This document shows, one piece after another, positions 10,122 through 20,142 of a stretch of 64,000 nt of DNA. Made by a program: the position numbers and the translations under genes. The stretch lies in assembly GCA_963663805.2 (NCBI GenBank), contig CAXXMR010000009.1:352001-416000 (forward strand), read 5' to 3'. This stretch comes from Sedimentisphaerales bacterium (lineage in GTDB: Bacteria > Planctomycetota > Phycisphaerae > Sedimentisphaerales > SM23-30). The notes under the pieces were generated by a model. It saw nothing but the letters and a program-made list of their open reading frames with translations, made no database searches and was not told the DNA's origin. Position 1 is the first letter of the stretch, and the number at the start of each line of letters is the position of its first letter.

Positions 10122-11090
10122 TTGGCGATATTGGTTGGGATAGATGAAGCGGGATATGGGCCTATCATGGGGCCTTTGGTGGTTTCGGCGGCGGCGATTT
10201 CTTTGCCGGATGAGCTGCTGGGCGGTGATTTGTGGGATTCGCTGAGGGGGGCGGTGGCACGGAATCGCAAAGGGGCGTCGGGGCGGCTGCTAATCAATGA
10301 CAGTAAGAAACTTCATCAGGGGCTGGGTGATTATAAGCATTTGCAGCGAGGGGTGTTAGGTTTTTTGAAGGCGGCGGGTAAGCAACTGCCAGAGACTCTG
10401 GGTGATTTGCTGGGGATGCTCAAGGCGTTGGAAGTTGAGAGGCTGGGTGGATATCCGTGGTATGAGACGGGGACGGCGGAGCGGAAGCTGGGATATGACC
10501 GTCAGGACATAACTCTGGCGGGTGCGGGCCTTTCCAGTGAACTGGCAAAGCAGGGGGGGCGAGCTTTGGGGATTTCTTCTACGGTGCTTCTGGCAAAAGA
10601 ATATAATCAGCTGGTAGCGGTTACGAATAACAAGGCTGCGGTGCTGTTTAATCTGGCGATAGGTTATATTGACAAGGCTTATCGTAAATATGGGAGGAAT
10701 AATAATTTGCAGATAGTGGTGGATAAGCAGGGGGGACGCAGTCATTATCGTGAGCATTTGCAGAAGATGTTTCCGGGGTTGAAAATGAAGATACTGAAGG
10801 AGCGGGATGATGTAAGCAGTTATCAACTGGGTGATGAAGGTCGGGGATTTAAGATTCATTTTCTGGCGAAGGGGGACAGCAAGCAGATGCCGATAGCGTT
10901 GGCGTCGATGGCTAGTAAGTATCTGCGGGAACTGATGATGGAGTCTTTGAATGTTTTTTTTGCGGATGTTTGTCCAGGGATAAAACCCACGGCGGGTTAT
11001 TATCAGGACGGCAAACGTTTTTTGGATGAGCTGACGGCGGCGGGGCTGTTGGCGCAGGAGTGGGAGGAGTTGCTGGTTCGGCAGCGATAA
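10122..11090 (+). CDS. rnhB: Ribonuclease HII-family protein
   Basis: GIDEAGYGP, NDSKKL, VDKQGGR and ALASMASKYLRE motifs; TTG start. Confidence 0.85.
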   Translation: MAILVGIDEAGYGPIMGPLVVSAAAISLPDELLGGDLWDSLRGAVARNRKGASGRLLINDSKKLHQGLGDYKHLQRGVLGFLKAAGKQLPETLGDLLGMLKALEVERLGGYPWYETGTAERKLGYDRQDITLAGAGLSSELAKQGGRALGISSTVLLAKEYNQLVAVTNNKAAVLFNLAIGYIDKAYRKYGRNNNLQIVVDKQGGRSHYREHLQKMFPGLKMKILKERDDVSSYQLGDEGRGFKIHFLAKGDSKQMPIALASMASKYLRELMMESLNVFFADVCPGIKPTAGYYQDGKRFLDELTAAGLLAQEWEELLVRQR

Positions 11091-11109
11091 TCAGGGCATA
11101 CTTTAGATG

Positions 11110-11138
11110 AGAAAAAAGACGCTGCGTCGTTTTTTTCT
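11110..11138. terminator. Probable bidirectional intrinsic terminator
   Basis: A-tract, GACGC T GCGTC, then a T-tract, between convergent genes. Confidence 0.5.
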
Positions 11139-11176
11139 AATTTTATATTTTTGTTGTAAGTTTTTTATGTTTAAGA

Positions 11177-11233
11177 ATTTAATGCAATTTGATTTAATTT
11201 AAAATTCGTGTCAAAAATCAAATTGCATTAAAT
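11177..11233. repeat. Perfect 19 bp inverted repeat with a 19 bp spacer
   Basis: ATTTAATGCAATTTGATTT (11177-11195) / AAATCAAATTGCATTAAAT (11215-11233). Confidence 0.9.
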
Positions 11234-11332
11234 CAGGTATGCCAAATTGCCATTTTGCAAAAGTTTTAGTTATTATAATCTTCGCGATTGTTATTGTGCC
11301 ATGCCTGATGCCGTGACGATAGATTTACGCAA

Positions 11333-12010
11333 TCACCTGGGGTATTCATTGCAGAGGTAGTGGTTGGGCTTTTCGTCCTCCTGGATTTCGGAGAAACGGG
11401 CACTAGGGGTGAGAAAGACGTTATCGTTGATGTCGTCACAAACGGTGCCGATTTCGCCGGAAAGGGTCATGCCGGTTCCTTCCTCGCTCCAGAATTCGTG
11501 GATGATACCGGCGGGGATGAGTATGCTTTCTCCGGGTTTGAGGCGGATGGTCTGGTCAGGGCAGAATGGTGTCTTAATGCCGTTTACGCTCAGGGTGAAG
11601 GGCTCATCAGATTTTTGGCCTTGGGGGTTGGACTTTGAGACCTGGACGATAATGTTGCCGCCGCCGCGGTTGATGATGTCTTCGGTTTTTTTGTTGTGAT
11701 AGTGTATGGGGGCGGCTTGATTTTCCTCTATGAAGATGAATTTCTCGGAATAGGGTCGGGGCACATCAGGAAACGAGGCACTGCCGTTGCGGAGTGTGAA
11801 CAGAGTACGTCCGGTTTTGTAATAATCGTTCTGGCCGAAATCGGTGACGTCCCAGCCGAGCATGATCTTTCTGATTTCATCACATTCGGGGCCTTTGCTT
11901 TGCCAGTCCTGGATGGTCCAGAAGGCAAAGGGGGGCAGTTTGGCATTCATTTTATTGGCAAAAGCCTGGGCTTTTTCGATACAACTGTTGATTTTTGAGC
12001 GTTTCATCAT
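11333..12010 (-). CDS. D-lyxose/D-mannose family sugar isomerase (cupin)
   Basis: MKRSKIN, LPPFAFW, LGWDVTDFG, LFTLRNG, PIHYH..KTEDIINRGGG and LCNEYP motifs. Confidence 0.93.
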   Translation of the reverse strand: MMKRSKINSCIEKAQAFANKMNAKLPPFAFWTIQDWQSKGPECDEIRKIMLGWDVTDFGQNDYYKTGRTLFTLRNGSASFPDVPRPYSEKFIFIEENQAAPIHYHNKKTEDIINRGGGNIIVQVSKSNPQGQKSDEPFTLSVNGIKTPFCPDQTIRLKPGESILIPAGIIHEFWSEEGTGMTLSGEIGTVCDDINDNVFLTPSARFSEIQEDEKPNHYLCNEYPR

Positions 12011-12083
12011 TTTTAGGGCATTCCTAACTTCACTATTAACTGGAGTTTTACAAAAGTTTACTATTACGTTAAAATTATCGATA

Positions 12084-14558
12084 TTACCGCGTGGTTATTT
12101 CATATTCGACCAGCATTGCCGATCGGGGTCGCTGTAGTTCAAGTTCCATGCCATCCGACAAATTTTTACCGAGCAAAGTTTCAGAGAATTCTGGTCCTAT
12201 GGTTGAATTCAACTGATAGCTTTTGTCTGGGTCAAGGCCTCTAAGCTTTATTATCGACTTGACATAAGGTGATTCTTCTGGCCTAAGCACGATAAGGATT
12301 CCTTTGCCGGCCCTACTATCATTAAATTGCCATCCATCCCACTTTGTGAGATCTGTGGTATAATCGAATAAAGGATAATAATCCTTTAGCAGAAGATGGC
12401 GTATTTGTTTATATTTTTTAATCATTTCAACAGTCAAATCGATTTGCCGAAGGCCTTCTTTTCTGAAATCATGATTGAATCCCAGAGCCCCGGCAAACTG
12501 GCCGAGATAGTCATATTCAGATTCAAGCACATTTAAATTGCTGTTTAGATAATTGCCGGGCAGAAACAAATTTCCACCGGTCAAATGTGGCTTGGTGTGA
12601 TCGGCCCGTCCGGTCAGGTCGCTTTTCCAGAATGTATGGCTCCTCCTTATTGTTTCCAGGTCTATTCTACGTCCGCCGCCGGCACACCACTCGATTATCA
12701 TGTCCGGATGATTTTCCAAAAGTTTATCCAGTATGTTATATAAACCTTCTACATAGCGTATTTCTTTCAGGCCCCGCCGGTCAGGCATATTCTTACTTGC
12801 CGCAATCCAGGTATTAATCAGTTTGAAATTAAAATCAAATCGAATCCATTTCAACTCTAGTCGGCGTGCATAATCTCCAATCAGATCAATCACCCACTGC
12901 TGCGCATCGGGAATACTGAGGTCTAGAATCCAGACATTAATGGGATTGCCGTGATAAGAATAAGGCTGACCATCGACTGCCGGTATGAGCCATTCTTTAT
13001 GCTCAAAGGCTTCATAGTTCTTGTCCGTTACCCGTTCCGGCTCAAACCACAGGCCCATCTTCATGCCATTGTCTTTTATCGCTTGGGCGACCGGTTCCAG
13101 CCCGTTTGGGAATTTTTCAGGATTGACTCTCCAATCACCAACTTGCCAGAACGGTGTCATGAACCATCCGGCATCAACGCAAAAATATTCAATCCCCAAA
13201 TTTTTGGAAGCCATAACCTGGTCAATAAGATTCTGCTCATTTATATTATTCGTGAAGGTAAACCAGTGGTTCCATGATACGGGCGGCAATGGTCTGTCAT
13301 TGCCAATGTTGGGTGTGTACTTTTCGTATATGATGTTTCGCAGCGCGTTATGCCCGGCGAAATTATCCCCACTGTAATAGCCAATTAAAACGGAAGGCTG
13401 AGTTATTTTTTCGCCAGGCTTCAGGCCAAGATTCATCTGTTCCATTCCGGCACTAATTTGAATTCCATCTTGCCTCGCTTCAAAATCGGCCTGCCATTGA
13501 CCGGTCCAGCCCAAACCACAAAAAAGTCCTTCGTTATTCTTGCTTATAATCCATAACGGCAGGACCTTTCCCGACGATATGCCATGTTGTGCAGACAATG
13601 TCAGTTTGCCTTTGCCATCCCACAGACTTGGCAAAAAAGCCTTCGACGGAACTCCAGAAGAACCGCCTGTGGCATAATGCACCTTATAACTCCCTGCCAG
13701 GTCCAATCTCAACACCTGAACATTTTCAATGATTCCGCTTTGGGCTTTTCCCGTATTTTCAAAAACCAGATTTGCTTCCAGTGTTTTTCGATTTTTGCAA
13801 ATATCAAGCCCCCACTTTACCCTCAACCCACTGTCATGCTTCCAGACATGAACGTACCTTTTACCATCTGTACGGTTTGTTTTATTGACTTCATGCTTGC
13901 AGGTTTTGAGAAGTTCATCCGAACTTCTGCCGTCATATTTGAAGCAAAAAGGGATTTCTTTATTATTAAGCCAGTTGCTGCCATCAAGAAAAGCAGTCTC
14001 GCCGTCATTAAATTCTATTTTCGCCATCGCAATGTCCGCCTGATCATACCTGATACCATCATCCGCATCATCAATGATAATATTAAATCCGACTAAACCA
14101 CTAATGTCTGCGGCAAGTTCTACCGCCTCGTCTCCAGCCTTGCAAATACCTGTCTGCGCCAGCACATTACCTCTATCATCTTTTACAAAAAACCTTACGG
14201 TACCGAGATATCCTTTGGTATTTGAATTGTTATCAACGCCAACCAGTGCCGTGAATTTTTGGGCCTGCTTATTGAGTAAAATTTTTATATGGCCGTTGGC
14301 ATGCGATCCCAGGCCACGGTCGTAAGTTGTCTGGCCTATGCACAATGCCGTCAGGGTGTGACAGCTTCGGTTGATTTGCAAGGTGCCGTAATCTTGTTTG
14401 GCGCATTCCAGGGTGAAATACGTCTGCTGCTGGGTGTCTTCATTGCCGAAATCGGCAATATAATTCAACCATTGATTGAAATCCGCTTCGCTGCCAAAGG
14501 TAGATGTCGATATCAAGAGAACAGGTGCGACCAATAAAATTCCAAGTAATCTTTTCAT
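12084..14558 (-). CDS. Secreted GH36-like alpha-galactosidase with an N-terminal NPCBM domain
   Basis: Signal peptide; NPCBM motifs (RGLGSHA, FTALVGVD, DQADIA); GH36 motifs (WNHW, VDAGWF, KFPNGL, GLWFEPE, RFDFN, EWCAGGGRR). Confidence 0.88.
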   Translation of the reverse strand: MKRLLGILLVAPVLLISTSTFGSEADFNQWLNYIADFGNEDTQQQTYFTLECAKQDYGTLQINRSCHTLTALCIGQTTYDRGLGSHANGHIKILLNKQAQKFTALVGVDNNSNTKGYLGTVRFFVKDDRGNVLAQTGICKAGDEAVELAADISGLVGFNIIIDDADDGIRYDQADIAMAKIEFNDGETAFLDGSNWLNNKEIPFCFKYDGRSSDELLKTCKHEVNKTNRTDGKRYVHVWKHDSGLRVKWGLDICKNRKTLEANLVFENTGKAQSGIIENVQVLRLDLAGSYKVHYATGGSSGVPSKAFLPSLWDGKGKLTLSAQHGISSGKVLPLWIISKNNEGLFCGLGWTGQWQADFEARQDGIQISAGMEQMNLGLKPGEKITQPSVLIGYYSGDNFAGHNALRNIIYEKYTPNIGNDRPLPPVSWNHWFTFTNNINEQNLIDQVMASKNLGIEYFCVDAGWFMTPFWQVGDWRVNPEKFPNGLEPVAQAIKDNGMKMGLWFEPERVTDKNYEAFEHKEWLIPAVDGQPYSYHGNPINVWILDLSIPDAQQWVIDLIGDYARRLELKWIRFDFNFKLINTWIAASKNMPDRRGLKEIRYVEGLYNILDKLLENHPDMIIEWCAGGGRRIDLETIRRSHTFWKSDLTGRADHTKPHLTGGNLFLPGNYLNSNLNVLESEYDYLGQFAGALGFNHDFRKEGLRQIDLTVEMIKKYKQIRHLLLKDYYPLFDYTTDLTKWDGWQFNDSRAGKGILIVLRPEESPYVKSIIKLRGLDPDKSYQLNSTIGPEFSETLLGKNLSDGMELELQRPRSAMLVEYEITTR

Positions 14559-14560
14559 AT

Positions 14561-16141
14561 TTATCCTTTTGGTTCTGGCAAATTATCTTTTTCCAGGGTG
14601 AAGATAGACAAATCGGTTATATCCTTTTTGTTGTACCATTTGAAGGCATAACCGAAAACCATAGCCAGGGCGAACAACTGGATGTTCAGGAGGGTTCCAA
14701 ACCAGAATTTGACCGGCAGATGCGGTGCTATAGTTGGGAACATTTCACGACCTGTTCCGGAATCGAGGAAGAGCCAGAGGCAGGCGGTTGCCACGGTTAC
14801 GATGGTAGCGGTGAGAGCTGCTTTGTTGCCGATTTTTCGGGTAATCAGGCCGAGCATGAACAAGGCGAACAGACCGGCGGTGATGACCTGTCCGAGAATT
14901 GCCTGGAGGTCCTGAACTGTTCTGGTGCGGGTGAAATGAATCAGCAGGGCCAGAGCAATCATGATGACTCCGAAGGCGACCGAGGCCCAGCGTCCGAACA
15001 CGAGATAGTGTTTTTCGTTTTTATCTTCGTTGTGGATTATGCGGTAGAAATCGTTGGTGGTGGTTGAGGCGCAGGCGTTGATGCTGGAATCGAGGCTGGA
15101 CGTTGCGGCGGCGATGAGACCGGCGATAACGAAACCAGCCAGACCTTGAGGTACTTGGGTGAGGACAAAATATGGAAGGATTTTTTCTGGTTCTCTGGCG
15201 ACATCGTCGATTAGCGGGTCGGCGTTGACTTTATAGAATACGTAAATCGCGGTGCCGATGAAGGTAAAATAGACCCAGACGGGGACAACGGTTATGAAAG
15301 AAACCAGCATGGCTTTTTTTGCTTCTTTGGCGGTTTTGGGGGCGATATAGCGCTGTACGGTGGTTTGCTCGGTACACCAGAGGCAGTTGAACAGGGCGGG
15401 CATGATGAGCATCCAGATGGTTTCTTTGTTGAATGAGAACTCGACGATTTCGTGGGGGATGAGTTTTCCGTCTGTTTGGGCTACTGACATAATCTGACTG
15501 AATCCGCCGGGCAAACTGGAAATAATTACGGGCAGGCAGATTAAACCTCCGATCATCAGAGCGATACCGTTGATTAAGTCGGTCCACATAACCGCTTCGA
15601 GTCCACCGGCGATGGTGTAGATGCCGACGGCGACTCCGAGAATGATGATGACCCATTCCATGGTTAATTTTGAGCCGAGGTCCGGTCCGAGCATGACGTG
15701 AACGGCCAGCGATACGGTATAGAGCACCAGTCCGAGCCGGGCCATTTGCATGAGGACATAGCCGATGGCGGCGTAGAGGCGGGCCCAGCGGCCGAACCTG
15801 CGTTCGAGATATTCGTAAGCGGAGTTCATATTGGACTTGCGGAAGATGGGCATGAATATGGTCATGCCGAGAATGATACTGACGATGAAGAGGAAGCTGT
15901 TGGGCAGATATCGCCAGTCTTTGACATAGGCAAATCCGGGTGAGGCCATGAAGGTCATGGAGCTGATGAGGGTTGCCATTAGAGAAAAGCCGACGACCCA
16001 GCCGGGCATTTTGCGACCGGCGAGGAAGTAGCTTTCTGCGGATTTACTGCGACGGGCACAGTAAATACCGATACCGATGCAGACCGCCAAAAAGCATAAA
16101 ATTACAACCAGGTCAAGTGGTCTTAGTACCGCACTTCCCAT
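14561..16141 (-). CDS. Sodium:solute symporter (SSS), SiaT-like
   Basis: Multiple TM helices; YFLAGRKMPGW, SAYEYLERRFG, GGLEAVMWTD, VQRY and SSLDSSIN motifs. Confidence 0.92.
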   Translation of the reverse strand: MGSAVLRPLDLVVILCFLAVCIGIGIYCARRSKSAESYFLAGRKMPGWVVGFSLMATLISSMTFMASPGFAYVKDWRYLPNSFLFIVSIILGMTIFMPIFRKSNMNSAYEYLERRFGRWARLYAAIGYVLMQMARLGLVLYTVSLAVHVMLGPDLGSKLTMEWVIIILGVAVGIYTIAGGLEAVMWTDLINGIALMIGGLICLPVIISSLPGGFSQIMSVAQTDGKLIPHEIVEFSFNKETIWMLIMPALFNCLWCTEQTTVQRYIAPKTAKEAKKAMLVSFITVVPVWVYFTFIGTAIYVFYKVNADPLIDDVAREPEKILPYFVLTQVPQGLAGFVIAGLIAAATSSLDSSINACASTTTNDFYRIIHNEDKNEKHYLVFGRWASVAFGVIMIALALLIHFTRTRTVQDLQAILGQVITAGLFALFMLGLITRKIGNKAALTATIVTVATACLWLFLDSGTGREMFPTIAPHLPVKFWFGTLLNIQLFALAMVFGYAFKWYNKKDITDLSIFTLEKDNLPEPKG

Positions 16142-16165
16142 AAATTATTCCCTTCTGTCTAAAAA

Positions 16166-17323
16166 TTATTGGGCAATTCTCAAGGCACAAGGCTGGCCCG
16201 GGACGTCTATAATGATTCCTGTGTCAACAAGTCTAACCTGTTTAAGTTCGTAAATCCGCAGGCGTCTGCTTTCAAAGCTGCTGGTGACTACGTATTTTGA
16301 GTCTGGTGTGAATACGGCAGCCTGGCCGACGCGGTCGGTGTTGATAATTTGTACACCTTTGTATGTGTTGTTTACTTTTTGCAGCAGAAACAGTTGGCCG
16401 TGGTCTTTGCGCTGGGGGTCGTCGGGTTTTCTCATGCTGTAGCCCATACTGCTGACCACTGCCCATTGACCGTCGGGGCTGATGTCCAGTCCTTCCGAGA
16501 GCATTTCGGTCTGGATGGTATCGGTTACTTTAATTTCGTCACTGGAGATGTCGAGGACGGTCACGTTGTTTCCACCGACATTTGCGGCGATAGCGGTTTG
16601 ACCATCGGGGTTGATGTCTAGGCAGTAGGGGCCGGTGCCGACAGTGATTTTTTGAGTAACTTTAGTGGGGACACCTTTTTTGAGCTGGATTTTGATAACG
16701 GCGTTGTCCTGATTGAGGGTTGCCAGAGCGTATTTGTCGCCGGGAGCGATGACTACGTGGGATAAACTAGTTTCCGGTTCAGTAACCTTGACAGTTTTGG
16801 ATACAGTTACTTTCTTGTCGGTGATTTTCAGGGCGGTTATGGTGCCGTCATTTCTATTACATACCAGGGCGGTTTTGCCGTCTTGGGTGATTGATATGCC
16901 GGATGGTTTATTGCCTACGGTAAGGGTGTTGATGATGGTTTTTGTTTCGAGGTCGATGACGGTTACCCGGTTGTCGGTGAGCTGGCTGGTTTTATCTGTG
17001 GGGTTGATTTTCATTGAGGCTGAGACCAGGGCCAGTTTATTGTCAGGGGTAATAGCAACGCCGGTGGGGGGGCCGGTGACGCTGCAAGGCACATCGGCTA
17101 TATTGGTTTTTTGGGGCGGGAAGGTTGAGAAGTCCAGCACGGTTATATTGCCGATTTCCGGGTTAGCCATTACTTTGTCGGCGCTGTTAGCCAGGATGAA
17201 CTGCAATTCGTTTACCGAAATCAGGTAACTGCCGGCGGATTTAGTCGCCGCGATGTTTGAGGAATTGCAGGATGACAGAGTTAGACAGCTTAACGTCAGG
17301 AACAGAACAATTGATTTTTTCAT
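16166..17323 (-). CDS. YncE-like beta-propeller lipoprotein
   Basis: Lipobox LSSC; repeated P.G..I(T/S)PDG blades. Confidence 0.85.
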   Translation of the reverse strand: MKKSIVLFLTLSCLTLSSCNSSNIAATKSAGSYLISVNELQFILANSADKVMANPEIGNITVLDFSTFPPQKTNIADVPCSVTGPPTGVAITPDNKLALVSASMKINPTDKTSQLTDNRVTVIDLETKTIINTLTVGNKPSGISITQDGKTALVCNRNDGTITALKITDKKVTVSKTVKVTEPETSLSHVVIAPGDKYALATLNQDNAVIKIQLKKGVPTKVTQKITVGTGPYCLDINPDGQTAIAANVGGNNVTVLDISSDEIKVTDTIQTEMLSEGLDISPDGQWAVVSSMGYSMRKPDDPQRKDHGQLFLLQKVNNTYKGVQIINTDRVGQAAVFTPDSKYVVTSSFESRRLRIYELKQVRLVDTGIIIDVPGQPCALRIAQ

Positions 17324-17343
17324 TTTTCTGCCTCTCGTTAGAA

Positions 17344-18123
17344 TCAGGATTTGTTAATGGCTTTTTTGGTTATTGTCAGGGCTTCTTCGGCGGCACGGTT
17401 AAGAAATACGGTGTCCACTCCCAGAGCGATGAAAGTAAAACCATCGTTGATGGCTTTGGTGATACTTTCTTCGGTGGGTATTACCACGTGCAGGCCTGCT
17501 GATTTGCCGCAGCGGGCACAAGCATCGATTACTTTCTGACAACCTTGCTGAACGAGTGGGTCGGATGTCTGGCCGGGGATGCCGTAGGAGCCGCTTAAAT
17601 CATAAGGGCCGATGAAAACGCCGTCAACACCTTCAACAGCCAGAATCTCGTCGATGTTGTCGATAGCTTCTTTGCTCTCTATCATGACGACAACGGCGAT
17701 GTCGTCATTAGCTGTTTGGAGATAGCTGTCGAAATTATCGCCGTAATTATTCATGCGGGAGAAGCAGAAACCTCTGACGCCCTGAGGCGGGTATTTCGCG
17801 GCAGCGACGGCCTGGCGGGCTTCTTCGGCGGTACTTACCAGCGGGATGATTACTCCGCGGGCACCGGCGTCAAGAACCTGTCGAATGGCCAGGGTGTTGT
17901 TTTCCCGTACACGCACGAAAGGCTCCGGGCCGCGGCCGTACATGCCACGTGCGATATTGGTGAAGCCTTCAACGTCAATATCGGTATGTTCTGCGTCGGC
18001 GGCCATCCAGTCGAAATCGCTGCTGCTGAGAATCTCGGAGATCGCTGGATGACTGATTTGTATCCAGGTGCCCAGAGTGACTTTTCTTTCCAATAATGCT
18101 TTGCGAACGGGATTTTGGGTCAT
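17344..18123 (-). CDS. HpcH/HpaI (GarL/RhmA-like) class II aldolase
   Basis: DAEH, LDAGARG, YPPQGVRG, MIES and FIGPYDLS motifs. Confidence 0.93.
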   Translation of the reverse strand: MTQNPVRKALLERKVTLGTWIQISHPAISEILSSSDFDWMAADAEHTDIDVEGFTNIARGMYGRGPEPFVRVRENNTLAIRQVLDAGARGVIIPLVSTAEEARQAVAAAKYPPQGVRGFCFSRMNNYGDNFDSYLQTANDDIAVVVMIESKEAIDNIDEILAVEGVDGVFIGPYDLSGSYGIPGQTSDPLVQQGCQKVIDACARCGKSAGLHVVIPTEESITKAINDGFTFIALGVDTVFLNRAAEEALTITKKAINKS

Positions 18124-18147
18124 GGCATTGTTTTTCCTGATGTATGA

Positions 18148-19232
18148 TTAGCGGGCGATTTCGCGGGATTTTTCCCACGCGTTTGAAATATTCCTGTGCC
18201 TGCCATTGCGGGCCGATGTCGCTTACGGTTTTCTGGATAACTACCGACATGCGGTTGCCCAGATTCAAGCCGTTTTGGATGCGGGTTTCCAGCGGCAGGG
18301 TTTCATCTATTGTGCCGTCGGGCTGAATGCCCAGGAATCCGCCGATTATTCCTGCCGAGCAACTGTCTCCGGCACCGTAGCGGTCCAGAACGATGTATTC
18401 GAGAATATCGCCGACAACTACGGTCTTGCCGTTTATCAGAGCCACGGTGGTCCATTCGCCGCGTTCGTTGGTGATACGTTTGCGAACGGTCATGATGAGA
18501 ATCGGCACTTTCTGATTGAATTTCTTATCCAATGCTCGAAGGATTTCCTGACTGCACTTGACCAGTTCAGCCATGGGTTTGTCATCGTCGAAACCTTTAT
18601 CGACACCGAATACCACGCGGGCGTCTGTTTCGGTGGTTATCAGGGCATGGAACATTTCCTGCTCGACCATGTCTTCCAGTGCGTTTTGGGCTGCTTTGGG
18701 TGTCCAGAGTTTGTTACGATAGTTTACATCGATGAATACCGGCACCTTATTCTTTTTGGCTTCGGTGAGGCAGGCTTTGGTATTTTGGAGCAGGTTGTCG
18801 CTTAGGGCCGGGGTGATGCCGGATACGAATAAGGCGTTTGCGTCTTTAAGGGCAGCAAAATTAAATTCGCCGGGCTGGGCCTGAGCAAAAGCGGAAAACG
18901 ACCGATCGTAGCCGCCCTCGGCGGTGATGGGTCCTAAACCCTGTTCGACAAAGCACAGGCCGTTACGGTCAGAATCGGTCCCAGATTACATTATCCATAC
19001 CGATGGTGTATTTCTGCATGTCATAACGCAGCAGACGACCCATGAGGTCATCTTTCATTTTGGAGATAAACTCGGTCTTGATGCCTCTGGTTAATCCGCC
19101 TACCTTGCCGAGTACGTTCGCTTCGGAACCGCCGGCGCAGATTACCATGTCGTTTGAATCGCCCCAGGCGGCATAGCCCACCGGCCTGACCGCGCCCAAT
19201 ACTTCGCCAAATGCTACAATTTTCTTATTCAT
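18148..19232 (-). CDS. kdgK: PfkB-family sugar kinase, KdgK-like; broken by two +1 homopolymer indels (about 18981 and 18171)
   Basis: N-terminal FGEV...GGSEANV; restored frame gives YDRSFSAF, SGITPAL, DVNYR, DRYGAGDS and a C-terminal GKSREIAR* just before the aldolase start. Confidence 0.8.
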
Positions 19233-19245
19233 TTTACTACCCGTT

Positions 19246-20142
19246 TTACGCTGATGCTGTTTGCCAGGCCTGACAGACTGCCTGATAATATATTTCGAAA
19301 CATTCTTCGCTTGATTTGTCCGGCAGACGACGCATTTCGATACTGGCGGAACCTTTGTTTTCCTGGCCGAAATAGCCGCTTTGGATACCGAGGCGGAAAA
19401 TTTCGGCAATGTCGTCGACACCGTATACGCCGCCGGGTATACCCAGTCCGGGGTGTTTGTCGCCGAAGAAGGTTGAGTCTTTATCTGTGACGCAGTTGCC
19501 CAGATGGATATGTTCGAGAAAGGTTCCGGTATCGGCAACGGCTTGAGCAATGGTTTCGTGCATGAGTGGTACATGGCACATGTCTATCATGCTGGCCATA
19601 TTAGCACAGCCGGCGTCGCGAACACGTTGGCAAATTTCGATGGCCTCTTGGGACGAGCCAATCAGTTTGCATTTGCTCATGTCCCAGTCGGTCGGTTCAA
19701 TCATGACGGTCATTGACTCGGCACATTTACAAATTTCGATATAAAACTCGACCAGGTAATCTTTGCACTGGTCGCGATTTTTGATGTCGTTAGGGCCGGA
19801 ATTGGTAATGATTTTCTGGGCGTTACAAAGCTTGGCCCGTTCGAGTTCATCTTTGTACGTTTTGAGAGTATAGGCCCGATGTTCATTATCCGCTGCTGCC
19901 GGGGCCAGTGACCTTTGGCCGGCACGATTGCCCATGTTGTAATAGATGGTCTTGCCGGAATCCGCGATGGCGGCACAACATTCATCCTTGATGTCCCAGG
20001 GGAACCACATGTCGATGATGTCCAGTCGCGGCTCGGCCAGTACCGCTTTGACGGTGCGGAGGTGTTCGGCGGAATCTTTGATTACGTCGGCGTAGAGCAG
20101 ATGGTGGTTTATGCCCAGTCTGATGGAATCGTTAAAACTCAT
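19246..20142 (-). CDS. Sugar phosphate isomerase/epimerase (xylose isomerase-like TIM barrel)
   Basis: IEPTD, DMCHVPL, HIHLGNC, DKHP and EMR metal-binding pattern; ATGA overlap with the upstream gene. Confidence 0.85.
   Translation of the reverse strand: MSFNDSIRLGINHHLLYADVIKDSAEHLRTVKAVLAEPRLDIIDMWFPWDIKDECCAAIADSGKTIYYNMGNRAGQRSLAPAAADNEHRAYTLKTYKDELERAKLCNAQKIITNSGPNDIKNRDQCKDYLVEFYIEICKCAESMTVMIEPTDWDMSKCKLIGSSQEAIEICQRVRDAGCANMASMIDMCHVPLMHETIAQAVADTGTFLEHIHLGNCVTDKDSTFFGDKHPGLGIPGGVYGVDDIAEIFRLGIQSGYFGQENKGSASIEMRRLPDKSSEECFEIYYQAVCQAWQTASA

Noticed and set aside
17975..18147. C-terminal extension of the kinase overlapping the aldolase
   Set aside because: Artefact of an extra A at about 18171; correction gives a stop at 18148.
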